The notes under the pieces are model-generated. The model did no database searches. It saw only the letters and a program-made list of their open reading frames with translations, and was not told the origin of the DNA. Shown here piece by piece: positions 1 to 9,171 of a stretch of 64,000 nt of DNA. The first letter of the stretch is position 1, and each line of letters begins with the position of its first letter. The DNA comes from Sagittula sp. (GTDB lineage: Bacteria > Pseudomonadota > Alphaproteobacteria > Rhodobacterales > Rhodobacteraceae), in NCBI GenBank assembly GCA_042088665.1, contig JBELMB010000004.1, positions 5,054 to 69,053 of the forward strand. Reading direction: 5' to 3'. The translations under genes and the position numbers were made by a program.

Positions 1-41
1 CCCCCTCCCATGCAACCAATCCATTTGTCAGAATAGGACAT
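1..41 (-). CDS. 5-prime end of an unidentified CDS running off the left edge (MSYSDKWIGCMGG...)
   Basis: ATG at 41-39 (minus strand) has an AAGGAG Shine-Dalgarno at 53-48 with a 6-nt spacer. The frame is open to position 1. It lies directly downstream of clpV in the same orientation. Only 13 codons are visible. Confidence 0.3.
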   Translation of the reverse strand, partial: MSYSDKWIGCMGG

Positions 42-55
42 TCAAATCTCCTTGT

Positions 56-86
56 GGCAAAGACCCGGGGGTAAAAGCCCCCAGGG
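56..86 (-). terminator. hairpin/attenuator downstream of clpV
   Basis: Minus strand reads CCCTGGGGG-CTTTTA-CCCCCGGG followed by TCTTTGCC, just after the clpV TAA stop (95-93). The U-tract is short and the next RBS follows immediately, so this may give only partial termination. Confidence 0.35.
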
Positions 87-92
87 CCTGAT

Positions 93-2840
93 TTATGAAA
101 ACTCGTAATCGAACCCGCTTTCCCCGACCTTGACTGTCACGCTTGTCATGTCCTCGCCGGACACCATCCGGCTGAGCACCTGGCGCGACAGATCGGGCAG
201 GATGGAATTGGTGATGATGTTGTCGATCATGCGGCCACCGCTGTCGGGGTCGCGGCACTGTTCGACGATGTAATCGATGACTTCGTCGCCATAGACGAGG
301 CTGGCGTTGTGCGCATCCTTGAGACGCTTTGCCACCGACCCGATCTTGAGCCGGGTGATGCCGCCCAGCACCTCCTTGCCCAGCGGGAAATAGGGGATCG
401 ACACGATCCGGCCCAGAAGGGCAGGGGGGAAGACTTCCAGCTGGAAGGGCTTCATCGCGGCTTCGAGTTCGTCCACGTCCGGCGAGGTGTTGCCGCCCTC
501 CGCCATCTCCATGATGACATCGGTGCCGACATTCGACGTCAGCAGGATCAGGCAGTTCTTGAAGTCGATCCGGCGGCCATTGCCATCCTCCATGATGCCC
601 TTGTCGAACACCTGAAAGAACAGCTCGTGCACGTCCGGGTGCGCCTTTTCCACTTCGTCCAGCAACACCACCGAATAGGGCTTGCGCCGCACGGCCTCGG
701 TCAGGCGACCCCCTTCGCCGTGCCCGACGTAGCCCGGAGGCGCGCCTTTCAGCAGCGAGACGGTATGCGCCTCCTGATATTCGGACATGTTGATGGTGAT
801 GACGTTGTCCTCGCCACCGTACAGCTGCTCTGCCAAGGCCAAGGCGGTTTCCGTCTTGCCGACACCAGAGGGGCCACACAGCATGAAGACGCCAATGGGC
901 TTGTTGGGGTTCGACAGGCCCGCGCGGTTCGTTTCGATCCGTTTGGCGATGGCCTTCAGCCCGTGGTCCTGACCGATCACGCGCTCCTGCAGGTGCGAGG
1001 CAAGGTTGAGCACCGCCTGCAATTCATCCTGCACCATGCGTCCGGCGGGGATCCCCGTCCAGTCAGAGATGATCGAGGCGACCGATTGCGCGTCCACATG
1101 GGAATAGACCATGCGGTCATCCGCATCGCCGGATTCCAACCGTTCCAGCATGGCGTGCAATTCTTCGCGCACGGCTTCGGGGTCGGCTGGCGGGGCCTCG
1201 GCGCTGGTGTCCTCTTCGGTGGTGTCTGCAGCCGCTTCGGCAGGTGCGGCATCGCCTTCGGCCTCCTCGGCGGCAGCGGGCCCAACCTCCGGCGCGGCGG
1301 CACCGATGGATTTGCGCAGCTCCAGCACCTTGTCGACCAGCTCCTTCTCGGCGGCGTATTTGACCTCAAGCTCCGCAAGTTTTTCCTCTTGCTCGGTCTT
1401 TTCGGCCTGCGCTTCGAGGATGCGTTCCTCGTTGCTTTCGCCCAGATCGCGTTGCGCCAGCTTGCCGTCGATCTCCACCTGAAGGGAGACGATCTTTTCG
1501 CGCGTGTCCTGAATGCGGGCCGGGGTCGAGGACTGGCTCACCGCGACGCGTGCACAGGCCGTATCCAGCAATGACACCGCCTTGTCAGGGAGCTGCCGCG
1601 CCGGGATATAGCGGTGCGAAAGCGACACGGCCGATACGATCGCCTCGTCCGAGATCCGCACACCGTGGTGCGTTTCCATCGGGTCGAGGATGCCACGCAG
1701 CATATAGCAGCACTGCTCCACCGACGGCTCTTCGACATTCACGGGCTGGAATCGCCGGGTCAGGGCCGGGTCCTTTTCGAAATACTTGGCGTATTCTGAC
1801 CATGTGGTCGCCGCCACGGTGCGCAGCGTGCCACGCGCCAGCGCCGGTTTCAGCAGGTTGGCTGCGTCTCCTGTCCCGGCCTGTCCCCCGGCACCGATCA
1901 GCGTATGCGCCTCGTCGATGAAGAGGATGATCGGGATCGGGCTGCTTTGCACTTCGTCGATGACAGATTTCAGGCGCTGCTCGAATTCACCCTTCATGGA
2001 GGCACCGGCCTGCATGGCCTGAATATCCAGCATGAACAGTTTTGTGCCTTTCAGCTTGGGCGGCACGTCACCCGCTGCCAGCCGCTGGGCAAAGCCCTCC
2101 ACGACGGCGGTCTTGCCCACGCCCGCCTCGCCGGTGAGGATCGGGTTGTTCTGACGGCGGCGCAGCAGCACATCGATGATCTGGCGGATCTCGTCATCGC
2201 GGCCCTTGATCTTGTCCATCTTGCCGCTTGCCGCCTCGGCGGTCATGTCCACGGCAAAGCGGCCCAGCGCGGTCGACGCCCCGGCGCGGGTGTCATCTCC
2301 TGAATCCGGATCCGCGGCAGAGGGCGAGGCAAGGCCCGACCCATCCATCGGCCGCATGCTTTCCTCTTCGGAATCGGCCCACAGACGGCGGCTTTCCTTG
2401 CTCAGCACATCGGCAGAAATGTCGCCGAAAACCGAGGAATAGCGCATGACGTGGCGGCGCAGGTGATCGTCCTGCAGAATACCCGTCAGCACATGGCCAG
2501 TGCGGATCTGGCTTTCCCCAAAGAGCAGCGTGGAATAGGTCCATGCATGTTTGAGACTGTCGACGAACTGCTCCGAGATGCCGGGCGCCTCCGTCACGTT
2601 CTTGTCCAGACGGGCGAGCGTGTTCTGCAGGTCCTTGAGCACCTGACCACGGTTCAGCCCCAAGGCCTGCAAGGTCACCGACACGTCAGAGTTCTTGTTC
2701 GACACCACGGGCCAAAGCCAATGGCACAGGTCGATCTGGCGGTTCTTGTCCCCGCGCGCCTGTCGCATGCCTTGAATAAAGGCGTTGTAGCCTGCCTGGT
2801 TCATCTTGAGCGCGTAGCTCTCGATTTCAATTCCGGCCAT
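93..2840 (-). CDS. tssH: T6SS AAA+ ATPase ClpV (TssH)
   Basis: 915-aa ORF with a ClpV/ClpB-like N-domain. Two Walker A motifs are visible (GEAGVGKT and GPSGVGKT). A coiled-coil, acidic middle insert is present. AAGGGGA RBS upstream. Sits in a T6SS gene context. Confidence 0.93.
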   Translation of the reverse strand: MAGIEIESYALKMNQAGYNAFIQGMRQARGDKNRQIDLCHWLWPVVSNKNSDVSVTLQALGLNRGQVLKDLQNTLARLDKNVTEAPGISEQFVDSLKHAWTYSTLLFGESQIRTGHVLTGILQDDHLRRHVMRYSSVFGDISADVLSKESRRLWADSEEESMRPMDGSGLASPSAADPDSGDDTRAGASTALGRFAVDMTAEAASGKMDKIKGRDDEIRQIIDVLLRRRQNNPILTGEAGVGKTAVVEGFAQRLAAGDVPPKLKGTKLFMLDIQAMQAGASMKGEFEQRLKSVIDEVQSSPIPIILFIDEAHTLIGAGGQAGTGDAANLLKPALARGTLRTVAATTWSEYAKYFEKDPALTRRFQPVNVEEPSVEQCCYMLRGILDPMETHHGVRISDEAIVSAVSLSHRYIPARQLPDKAVSLLDTACARVAVSQSSTPARIQDTREKIVSLQVEIDGKLAQRDLGESNEERILEAQAEKTEQEEKLAELEVKYAAEKELVDKVLELRKSIGAAAPEVGPAAAEEAEGDAAPAEAAADTTEEDTSAEAPPADPEAVREELHAMLERLESGDADDRMVYSHVDAQSVASIISDWTGIPAGRMVQDELQAVLNLASHLQERVIGQDHGLKAIAKRIETNRAGLSNPNKPIGVFMLCGPSGVGKTETALALAEQLYGGEDNVITINMSEYQEAHTVSLLKGAPPGYVGHGEGGRLTEAVRRKPYSVVLLDEVEKAHPDVHELFFQVFDKGIMEDGNGRRIDFKNCLILLTSNVGTDVIMEMAEGGNTSPDVDELEAAMKPFQLEVFPPALLGRIVSIPYFPLGKEVLGGITRLKIGSVAKRLKDAHNASLVYGDEVIDYIVEQCRDPDSGGRMIDNIITNSILPDLSRQVLSRMVSGEDMTSVTVKVGESGFDYEFS

Positions 2841-2933
2841 GTTGAAAGTCCCCTTCTAGAAACGTTTTTTGTCAGCCGCCGCAGTGGCCGCCGTTTCGGT
2901 CCGGCTTATGACGCCGATCCCGCTCTCCCTGTT

Positions 2934-2951
2934 CAGGCCCCGCGGGGCCTG
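2934..2951. repeat. 18-bp perfect GC-rich palindrome CAGGCCCCGCGGGGCCTG in the tssG-clpV spacer
   Basis: Read directly from the sequence. The palindrome is self-complementary over all 18 nt. Confidence 0.8.
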
Positions 2952-2958
2952 TCTGTGC

Positions 2959-3095
2959 GCGCTGCCGCTTCGCTGCGTGAGCGCTGGTTGCTTGCGCTGC
3001 CGCTTCGCTGCGTGAGCGCTGGTTGCTTGCGCTGCCGCTTCGCTGCGTGAGCGCTTGTTTGTTTGCGCTATCGCTTCGCTGCGTGAGCGCGTTAT
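2959..3095. repeat. tandem array of four copies of a 35-36-bp unit (GCGCTGCCGCTTCGCTGCGTGAGCGCTGGTTGCTT)
   Basis: Copies at 2959-2993 and 2994-3028 are identical. The copy at 3029-3064 is 36 bp and diverges at its 3-prime end. The copy at 3065-~3095 is degenerate and abuts or overlaps the tssG stop at 3092-3094. Each unit contains GCGCT...AGCGC inverted arms. Confidence 0.9.
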
Positions 3096-5557
3096 GCTGC
3101 CTCCTTCTCGTCCCTCTCCTTGAGGGGCAAAAGTTTGAATTCCGTTGCGCGCACCAGAACGTCAGGGCTGCCTTTGGGCGGCGCGATGCAGGCCATCCAG
3201 CCGACAACCGCGTTCTGCCCCATGACCGCGGGCTGCACTTCGGGCTCGGGCAGCCACAGGACCACTTCGATCTCGTAGGCCTCGCCGAGGTACCAGAACA
3301 CCAGATCGCGCAGATGAGGGTGATAGCTGCCCGAGGGCAGAAGGCGAAAATAATCGCCGATTGTCTTCACTTCGAGGTGTACGCGGATCTTCTCTCCGAC
3401 AGAACGCACCCGGCTGCCCAGATGCGTGTCCATGCCCATCGTCGCCGATTGCATGCCGATATGGCTCAGCGTGTCCGGTTCGAAATCCAGCCATGTTGGC
3501 ACCAGCTCCTCGATCCGGACCGTCAGCTTGCCATCGAAGTGCAGTTGCAGGATCTGCCGCAGCCGCACCGGGCTCTTGACCCGGCCCGAGGCAAGCCCGG
3601 CATAGCGCGCCTTGATCGTGTCGGGCACGGCGTCCCGGTCCTGCATGGCCGGTGTGCCATTGCCCGCGAAGGACAGCAGGAAATCCTTGAACCGGTCCGC
3701 AGAAGGGTGGTCGAATTGCGTGATCGCATGGGCATCGGACCAGGCGCGGAAATACAGCTCCTGAAAGCGTTCGGTAAAGATGTCCACAAAGGCAACAAAA
3801 CTGTCGTCGCCATGGCGGAACCAGTGGTCGATCTCTTCGGTCCAGTTCAGCGGGAAAGCCCCGAACGGTCCAAAGAAACCAAGGAACTGCGCTCGCACGC
3901 GCGGCACCTTCTTTGTCGGGTCATAGCGCGCCATATCGGCTGGCGGCGGTCCCATGTAGGGATCCTGACCCATCCGCACCAACTGGTCATGCAGGCGGCT
4001 GTTCTTGCCGATCTGGGGCTTGTCGCCCGCCCGCCGCTCCAGCTTGCGCAGGAGTTGGAACAGCCCCTTGCCAAGCGCCTGCCACTCATGTTGCTCGCGG
4101 TCCGACAGGCCCGACGGCATGTCTTCCATCGGGTCATGCGTGTCGAGAGAAAGCTCCTCGATCCGGGTCGTCACCAGCCCGCGGAAGGTTTCCAGCGCCG
4201 CATCGTCCAGAAAGGCGTCCTGCGGATGACTGAGCCGCTGCGATGCCTCGCGCATGAATTGCAGCCGCGTGCCAGAGCGCAGGCCGCCCTTGGACCGGCG
4301 CCAGACGCGACGCAGGGTCGATGATAGCCCGTGTCCCTTCAGCGCCTGATCGAGGATCTCTTCGCGGGTCCAGGCCTCGCGCGGGACGTAACTCTGGAAG
4401 GCGGCGGGCGGGCGCGGTGCGGCAAGGGCAAAGCCCTCCGCCGGAGGGGACGCACTGTCGCTCGCCACGGGGGGGAAGGCGCTGGGCGGCTGGGTCGGGT
4501 CGTCGAACCAGTCCAGTTCGGTCGAGGCCGCGGCGGTGCCCATGGCGGGTGTGCGCGGCACCGGGGGACTGGTTTGCTCGTCGAACCAGTCGAGGCGCCC
4601 GTCTTCTGTCTGGATCTCTTCGCGGACCTTTTCGGCGGCCACAGGCGCCGGGGTGTCCGCCGGGGGTGTGTCAGGGGCTGCCGCAGCAGGGCCGCCCCCG
4701 AGGGGAGAGGCAACCTGAGGCAAATCCACTGGCGCGGGTGCGGGCTGTGCACCGGGCAACGGCGGAAAGGCCGGCGCGCCGGTCGCCGGTCCGGGGGGCA
4801 CCCGTCCGGGGGCAGATGCTTCGGGCAGCGGAGCAGCGGAGCGGCCTTTGGGAGGGGCAAACGGATTGCCGGGCGCGGGTCCGGGCGCAACAAACGGATT
4901 GCGAGGCGCCGCTGGCACATCCGCGGCAGGTAGAGTCTCGGGCAGATTTTCGGGCAGATTTTCGGGCAGGCTGCCGGGGCGCTGCGCAGCGGGCTGGCTG
5001 GAGGGCGCAGGCGCAGGTGATGGTGTTGGCGCTGCAAATGGATTGCGTGGGGACTGCGCATTGTCCGGCGCGACGAAGGGGTTGCGCAGCGGTGGCAACG
5101 CGCCCGACGCCGCAGCATCCGGAGAAGGCCCCGGGGGCGTGCTGGCGGGTGGCGCAAAAGGGTTGCGCGCCGGAGCGGGCGAAACAAAGGGATTGCGCGG
5201 TGCCTCGGACCCGGCAACGAAAGGCGTCGAGGCCTTTGGCAACGATGGCATTGGCGCTTGTGGAACGGAGGGCATCGGTCCCCCCGGAACAGGTTGGTTT
5301 TGTGCCCCCGGCAAGGGCTGGTCTTGCGCCCCCGGCACGGGTGGTCTTTGCGCCTCTGGCAAGGGCGGCCTCGGTGCCTCTGGAAGGGGCGGTCGCTGCG
5401 CCTCTGGCAGGGGGGGCGCGCCCGGTACTGCGGCTGGCGCACCAGTTGTCGCCGGGGCGTCCTTCTTCGTGGGCTGCGACGCGCCGGGTGGGGTCTGGTC
5501 CAGCCAGCCCATCACCGTCTTTTCGTCGTCATCATCCCAACCGGAGGATCCGCTCAT
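3092..5557 (-). CDS. tssG: T6SS baseplate protein TssG (ImpH family) with a ~490-aa N-terminal proline-rich extension
   Basis: The C-terminal ~330 aa fit the TssG pattern and typical TssG length (LFQLLRKLE..., FLGFFGPFGAFPLNWTEEI...). The start is placed at ATG 5557 because it forms an ATGA overlap with the tssF stop (5554-5556). The ORF track offers an upstream ATG at 5590. Confidence 0.85.
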   Translation of the reverse strand: MSGSSGWDDDDEKTVMGWLDQTPPGASQPTKKDAPATTGAPAAVPGAPPLPEAQRPPLPEAPRPPLPEAQRPPVPGAQDQPLPGAQNQPVPGGPMPSVPQAPMPSLPKASTPFVAGSEAPRNPFVSPAPARNPFAPPASTPPGPSPDAAASGALPPLRNPFVAPDNAQSPRNPFAAPTPSPAPAPSSQPAAQRPGSLPENLPENLPETLPAADVPAAPRNPFVAPGPAPGNPFAPPKGRSAAPLPEASAPGRVPPGPATGAPAFPPLPGAQPAPAPVDLPQVASPLGGGPAAAAPDTPPADTPAPVAAEKVREEIQTEDGRLDWFDEQTSPPVPRTPAMGTAAASTELDWFDDPTQPPSAFPPVASDSASPPAEGFALAAPRPPAAFQSYVPREAWTREEILDQALKGHGLSSTLRRVWRRSKGGLRSGTRLQFMREASQRLSHPQDAFLDDAALETFRGLVTTRIEELSLDTHDPMEDMPSGLSDREQHEWQALGKGLFQLLRKLERRAGDKPQIGKNSRLHDQLVRMGQDPYMGPPPADMARYDPTKKVPRVRAQFLGFFGPFGAFPLNWTEEIDHWFRHGDDSFVAFVDIFTERFQELYFRAWSDAHAITQFDHPSADRFKDFLLSFAGNGTPAMQDRDAVPDTIKARYAGLASGRVKSPVRLRQILQLHFDGKLTVRIEELVPTWLDFEPDTLSHIGMQSATMGMDTHLGSRVRSVGEKIRVHLEVKTIGDYFRLLPSGSYHPHLRDLVFWYLGEAYEIEVVLWLPEPEVQPAVMGQNAVVGWMACIAPPKGSPDVLVRATEFKLLPLKERDEKEAA

Positions 5558-7482
5558 AGCACGCGGCCTCCACCTAGCCGCGGAGGCCATGTCTTCAGGT
5601 GTCCGCGCTGATGCGAACGAATCACCGTCTTCGTGAACGAATTGACAGAGGCGTATTCCGCCAGAAACCGGTCCAGCACCGCGCCCAGCAGCATCACACC
5701 CGACCCTTCAAAGGCGTCTTCGTCAAAGGTCAGCGTCACCTCAAGGCCCCGCGCGGTGTGAAAGCCCTCCGGGTGCGGGATCGAGGCGGGCACCTGCCGC
5801 GTCTCCACATTCAGCAGACCGTCGATCTGCATCTCCATGAAGCTGTCCGACAGATCGGCAAAGATGCGCATCATTTCGCGCAGCGCCGCCGCCGCATCGT
5901 CCCCCGTGCGTCCGAGCAAACCGTAGGTGTTCAGGGACAAGTGGCTGAGCAACCGCCAGTAGACATCACCCGACTGGGTGCGGTGCGGCGCGCTGGTTTC
6001 CAGATCCGCAAGGCTGTCGCGCGGTGACGTTGGCCCGTCGATGCAGGCGAGACGGATCGTGCTCTCGTCGCAGAAATAGAAATCCTCTTCGCCCTGCTTG
6101 ATCGGCAGTTCCCCGGCAAGATGCCGGTTGGAACACAGCCCCTTGATCTGCAACCGCTGCACCGGCTGGTCCTCGGGCGGCTCGTAGAGGGTGATAAATG
6201 TCTCTGTCCCCCGATAGCGCGACCGCGACACGCCTTGTCTGCGTTCCTGCACCGTCATGCGCCGCTTCTTCTTGCGGTCGGTGAAATACAGCGCATGGCG
6301 CGGGTTCGACCCCACGGAGGGCAGGGTGTACAGCTCAAACACCCGGGTCTTGCCGGTGTTGCCCTTGTAGTGGGCGAAGACTTCCGTGACACGGTGGAAC
6401 TCGTAGTGGGTGACGGGGCTCGACAGCGGTTGCACCACGTAGTCATGGCGCTTTTCGTCCAGCCGCACCGGCGCGGCGGCCTCTTCGAACAGATTGACCG
6501 CAGGCGCACAATGCAGGCGCACGTGACCGGTCGAAAGCTGCGCCGCAAGCTTTTGATTTGCCTTGTCAAACTCAAAGATGATCTGAGCGCGCGATCCCGG
6601 CACACGCTTCCAGAAATCGCCCAGCCCGGACACCCTGAACCCAAGGAATTTGCGCGGATAGACGAACATCTCACGCAGAAGGGCAAAGCCCTCAAAGAGC
6701 CGGTCGTCATGGGGAAACAGCCGTTCCGTGCTGTCAAAACCGACCTGCTCGATCTGGTGCGGGGCCAGCGTCTGGAACACGTCGTCGCCCAGCTTGTTCT
6801 GCCAGCGCAGCGAAACCTTGATCCGGTCGCAAAAGATCTGCTCGTACAATGCGACGGCCTCATCCATCGGTGCCGCGAGATGAAAGACGAGCGCGTCAGC
6901 GGCCAGATCGGTGATCTTTTCGCTGTCGTCGGTCTGTCCAGTGGCGCCCAGTCGCGCAATGTCCAGCAGGACACCGGCCTGCGTGCCCTTGGCGGGCTCC
7001 GGCACCACCGCGCCCACCTGACCCGTGCGCGACAGGTAGCGCACTTCGGCCATCTCCACCGGATAAAGCTCCATCGGCGCGGCGAGGGCAAATCGGCAGG
7101 ACACACGTTTTTCGGAATCCACGTAGCGCGCTTCGAGGTAGTCGCCCGGGTTGAAACGCAGCCCCTCGACGGTCTTGGGATCCTCGTGCGGTGGGTTGGC
7201 GCGCACGGTCATCACGCTTGGCGTGGGTTCCATAAGACCGGGTAGAAGCTGGTCCAGAAGCTCACGGGTGAACCCGCGGAACTCCTCCTCCATCTTCAAC
7301 TGGACGCGCGCCGCAAGGAAGGCGCTGCCTTCCAGCAGAGCCGCCGCGGTCGGGTCCATGTTCTCTTCGAGCAAGCCGCCAAGGCGGTCGGCAAGCCCCG
7401 GATATTCCTGTGCAAATTCCTTGGCGCGTTCTTTCAGAAGCGCCAGTTCCCGGTTGTATGAATCGCGAAAGGCCTGTTTCAC
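5554..7482 (-). CDS. tssF: T6SS baseplate protein TssF (ImpG family)
   Basis: 642 aa. The N-terminus (MKQAFRDSYNRELALLKERAKEFAQEYPGLADRL) matches the conserved TssF start. The GTG start at 7482 overlaps the tssE stop (GTGA). Confidence 0.9.
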   Translation of the reverse strand: MKQAFRDSYNRELALLKERAKEFAQEYPGLADRLGGLLEENMDPTAAALLEGSAFLAARVQLKMEEEFRGFTRELLDQLLPGLMEPTPSVMTVRANPPHEDPKTVEGLRFNPGDYLEARYVDSEKRVSCRFALAAPMELYPVEMAEVRYLSRTGQVGAVVPEPAKGTQAGVLLDIARLGATGQTDDSEKITDLAADALVFHLAAPMDEAVALYEQIFCDRIKVSLRWQNKLGDDVFQTLAPHQIEQVGFDSTERLFPHDDRLFEGFALLREMFVYPRKFLGFRVSGLGDFWKRVPGSRAQIIFEFDKANQKLAAQLSTGHVRLHCAPAVNLFEEAAAPVRLDEKRHDYVVQPLSSPVTHYEFHRVTEVFAHYKGNTGKTRVFELYTLPSVGSNPRHALYFTDRKKKRRMTVQERRQGVSRSRYRGTETFITLYEPPEDQPVQRLQIKGLCSNRHLAGELPIKQGEEDFYFCDESTIRLACIDGPTSPRDSLADLETSAPHRTQSGDVYWRLLSHLSLNTYGLLGRTGDDAAAALREMMRIFADLSDSFMEMQIDGLLNVETRQVPASIPHPEGFHTARGLEVTLTFDEDAFEGSGVMLLGAVLDRFLAEYASVNSFTKTVIRSHQRGHLKTWPPRLGGGRVL

Positions 7483-8075
7483 AGCTGCACCCGCAGTTTG
7501 GACATGCGCAGCTTGCCAGCGCCCAGATCAACCTCGGCGTCGAAATCCAGCGGGATGTCCACCGGGTCGCCCATCAGGTCGGCCGATACGAAAAGGTTCA
7601 TCCGCTGGTCCTTGCCGCCTTCGCCCCGTTTCACCGTCACCTCGATGGAATCGGGCACCAGCCGGGGTTCATGGTCGATCAGGCTTTGCTTGATGCTGTC
7701 GCGAATCGAGGCGGAGTTCAGATCCCGCAAGGTCACGCTGGACAGGTCGCGAAAGCCGTAGTTGAGGATCGAACTTGCCACATGCGGCGCATCCTTCATC
7801 GAAACAGCGGAATCGAGCCGGATGGTGTTCATCAATGCGTTCAGATCCGCCTCGATGTGGTGACGCAGCTGGTCCTCGCTGACCGCCTCGCGAAAATCGA
7901 TGCTACGGGTTTCCGTCACTTCGCCATCGCCGTCCAGCGTGCGCTTGGCGTGTTTCTTCTTGCGACGCTCATGATGGTGCGAGCGAAAAATCTGCATGAT
8001 CGACACCTTCGCGCGATCTTCCTTGCGCCAGACGCGGGTCACTTGCGTCGAAAGGTCCGAATCGTCGGAAGTCAT
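7479..8075 (-). CDS. tssE: T6SS baseplate protein TssE (gp25-like)
   Basis: The C-terminal two thirds resemble the gp25/TssE family (NYGFRDLSS...IKQSLIDHEPRL...LFVSADL). Its position between hcp and tssF supports the call. The N-terminal basic segment is longer than usual, so the true start could be the internal ATG near 7997. Confidence 0.8.
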   Translation of the reverse strand: MTSDDSDLSTQVTRVWRKEDRAKVSIMQIFRSHHHERRKKKHAKRTLDGDGEVTETRSIDFREAVSEDQLRHHIEADLNALMNTIRLDSAVSMKDAPHVASSILNYGFRDLSSVTLRDLNSASIRDSIKQSLIDHEPRLVPDSIEVTVKRGEGGKDQRMNLFVSADLMGDPVDIPLDFDAEVDLGAGKLRMSKLRVQL

Positions 8076-8149
8076 GTCACGCTCTCGGTAATGGATTGGT
8101 CCCGTTACAAAACGTAGCGGGCGGGATCAGAGCAATAAAGGAAAATATA

Positions 8150-8176
8150 CACGAAAAGGCGGGCCACTGGCCCGCC
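8150..8176 (-). terminator. rho-independent terminator after hcp
   Basis: Minus strand reads GGCGGGCC-AGT-GGCCCGCC (8-bp GC stem) followed by TTTTCGTGTATATTTTCC. It begins about 30 nt after the hcp TAA stop. Confidence 0.75.
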
Positions 8177-8205
8177 TCGGTTGCATGAGGGGAAGAGGAA
8201 CCCGC

Positions 8206-8703
8206 TTACAGCGTGGCTTCCTTGTTTTCCGCGATTTCCCAGCCTGCCGGGAATTCGCCGTCGGTGCCACCCTTCTGGTTCTGCTTGGTGTAGGTCACCT
8301 GGAACACGCGGAAGTTCAGGGTCAGGTTCTCCTGAACACGGTCCAGACCGTCCTTCATGCCGCCGGTGTTGTAGGACGTGATCATGACGTCCTTCAGCTT
8401 GATCTGCATGTACTTGACGGGCTTTGCGCCGCCAGCCTTGCGCACCACCAGCAGGCCGGTGTCGATGTGCTCGCCCGAGCAGCAGCGCTTGATCAGGTCA
8501 TGCGAAGCGGAGTCGACGTATTTGGTCAGAGCGATGTCACCAACGTCGACCTTGCCGCCGCCGCCGCCGCCGCCCATGTGGGTGGTGCCGGACTGGGACA
8601 TGCCCCAGGACCAGGACAGAACGTCAATCCAGTCCTTGTGATCCACGTCCTGGCATTCGCCCTTGATTCCGTTGCCGAGCTTCAAAAAGCAATCGATGGC
8701 CAT
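8206..8703 (-). CDS. hcp: T6SS tube protein Hcp (TssD)
   Basis: 165 aa. N-terminus MAIDCFLKLGNGIKGE...HKDWIDVLSWSWG and a poly-Gly loop (GGGGGGGKV) are typical of Hcp. GGAGAA RBS. Confidence 0.95.
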   Translation of the reverse strand: MAIDCFLKLGNGIKGECQDVDHKDWIDVLSWSWGMSQSGTTHMGGGGGGGKVDVGDIALTKYVDSASHDLIKRCCSGEHIDTGLLVVRKAGGAKPVKYMQIKLKDVMITSYNTGGMKDGLDRVQENLTLNFRVFQVTYTKQNQKGGTDGEFPAGWEIAENKEATL

Positions 8704-9122
8704 GATTCAGTTCTCCGTTTTTAATTGCACCGTCTTGGGCGGGTGCGGGTTAATGAATGGATTGCGCAGCCTGATAGTGGTCCCAGTTCAAGTGCGCTCG
8801 CGCTGTTCCAAATTTCCTGAGGCACACCGCGCGCGAAGCGGTTCCGGGTGATGCAGACGCTCTCCTTCTTGCCGTCTGCAGTCCCGGGCCAATCGGGAAT
8901 TTCGTGGTGAGGGGCGGGTTCCGCCCATCTCCGGTTTTCGTGTCGAGCGAGAATGTGACATCTGCTCCCGGATCCGCTGACTGTCTGACTTGGCCGAGGC
9001 CTGCTGTCTAAGCCGTTGTTTCCGTGTTGGGATAAAGATGATGCAGCTTGGTGATTCCCGCAAGGTAAGGCATTCCGTAAGTTCCGCCGCCGCGAGGTAC
9101 GTAAAGTGGCACGAACCGGGGG

Positions 9123-9171
9123 CAAAAATGACGGGGACCCCGGGCACAAGGCCCAGGGTCCGCGGCCTTGT
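9123..9171 (-). terminator. possible terminator/attenuator after tssC
   Basis: Minus strand reads ACAAGGCC-(10 nt)-GGCCTTGT, overlapping the tssC stop. A second GC-rich segment and ATTTTTG follow about 17 nt later. The geometry is not canonical. Confidence 0.3.

Noticed and set aside
309-1574. Long antisense or alternate-frame ORFs overlapping recognised genes (for example 309-1574+, 28-879-, 4321-5559+, 4339-5442-, 9168-10775+, 11237-12715+, 15157-17091+, 18276-19676-, 30227-31465-)
   Set aside because: These are typical high-GC shadow ORFs. Their translations are Arg/Ala/Gly/Pro-rich with no family resemblance, and they overlap ORFs with clear homology patterns.
2872-3207. ORFs reading through the 35-bp repeat array (2872-3207-, 3023-4324+), giving repetitive peptides
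   Set aside because: The 35/36-bp period is not a multiple of three. The ORFs overlap the tssG 3-prime end and there is no RBS, so I treat the array as non-coding.
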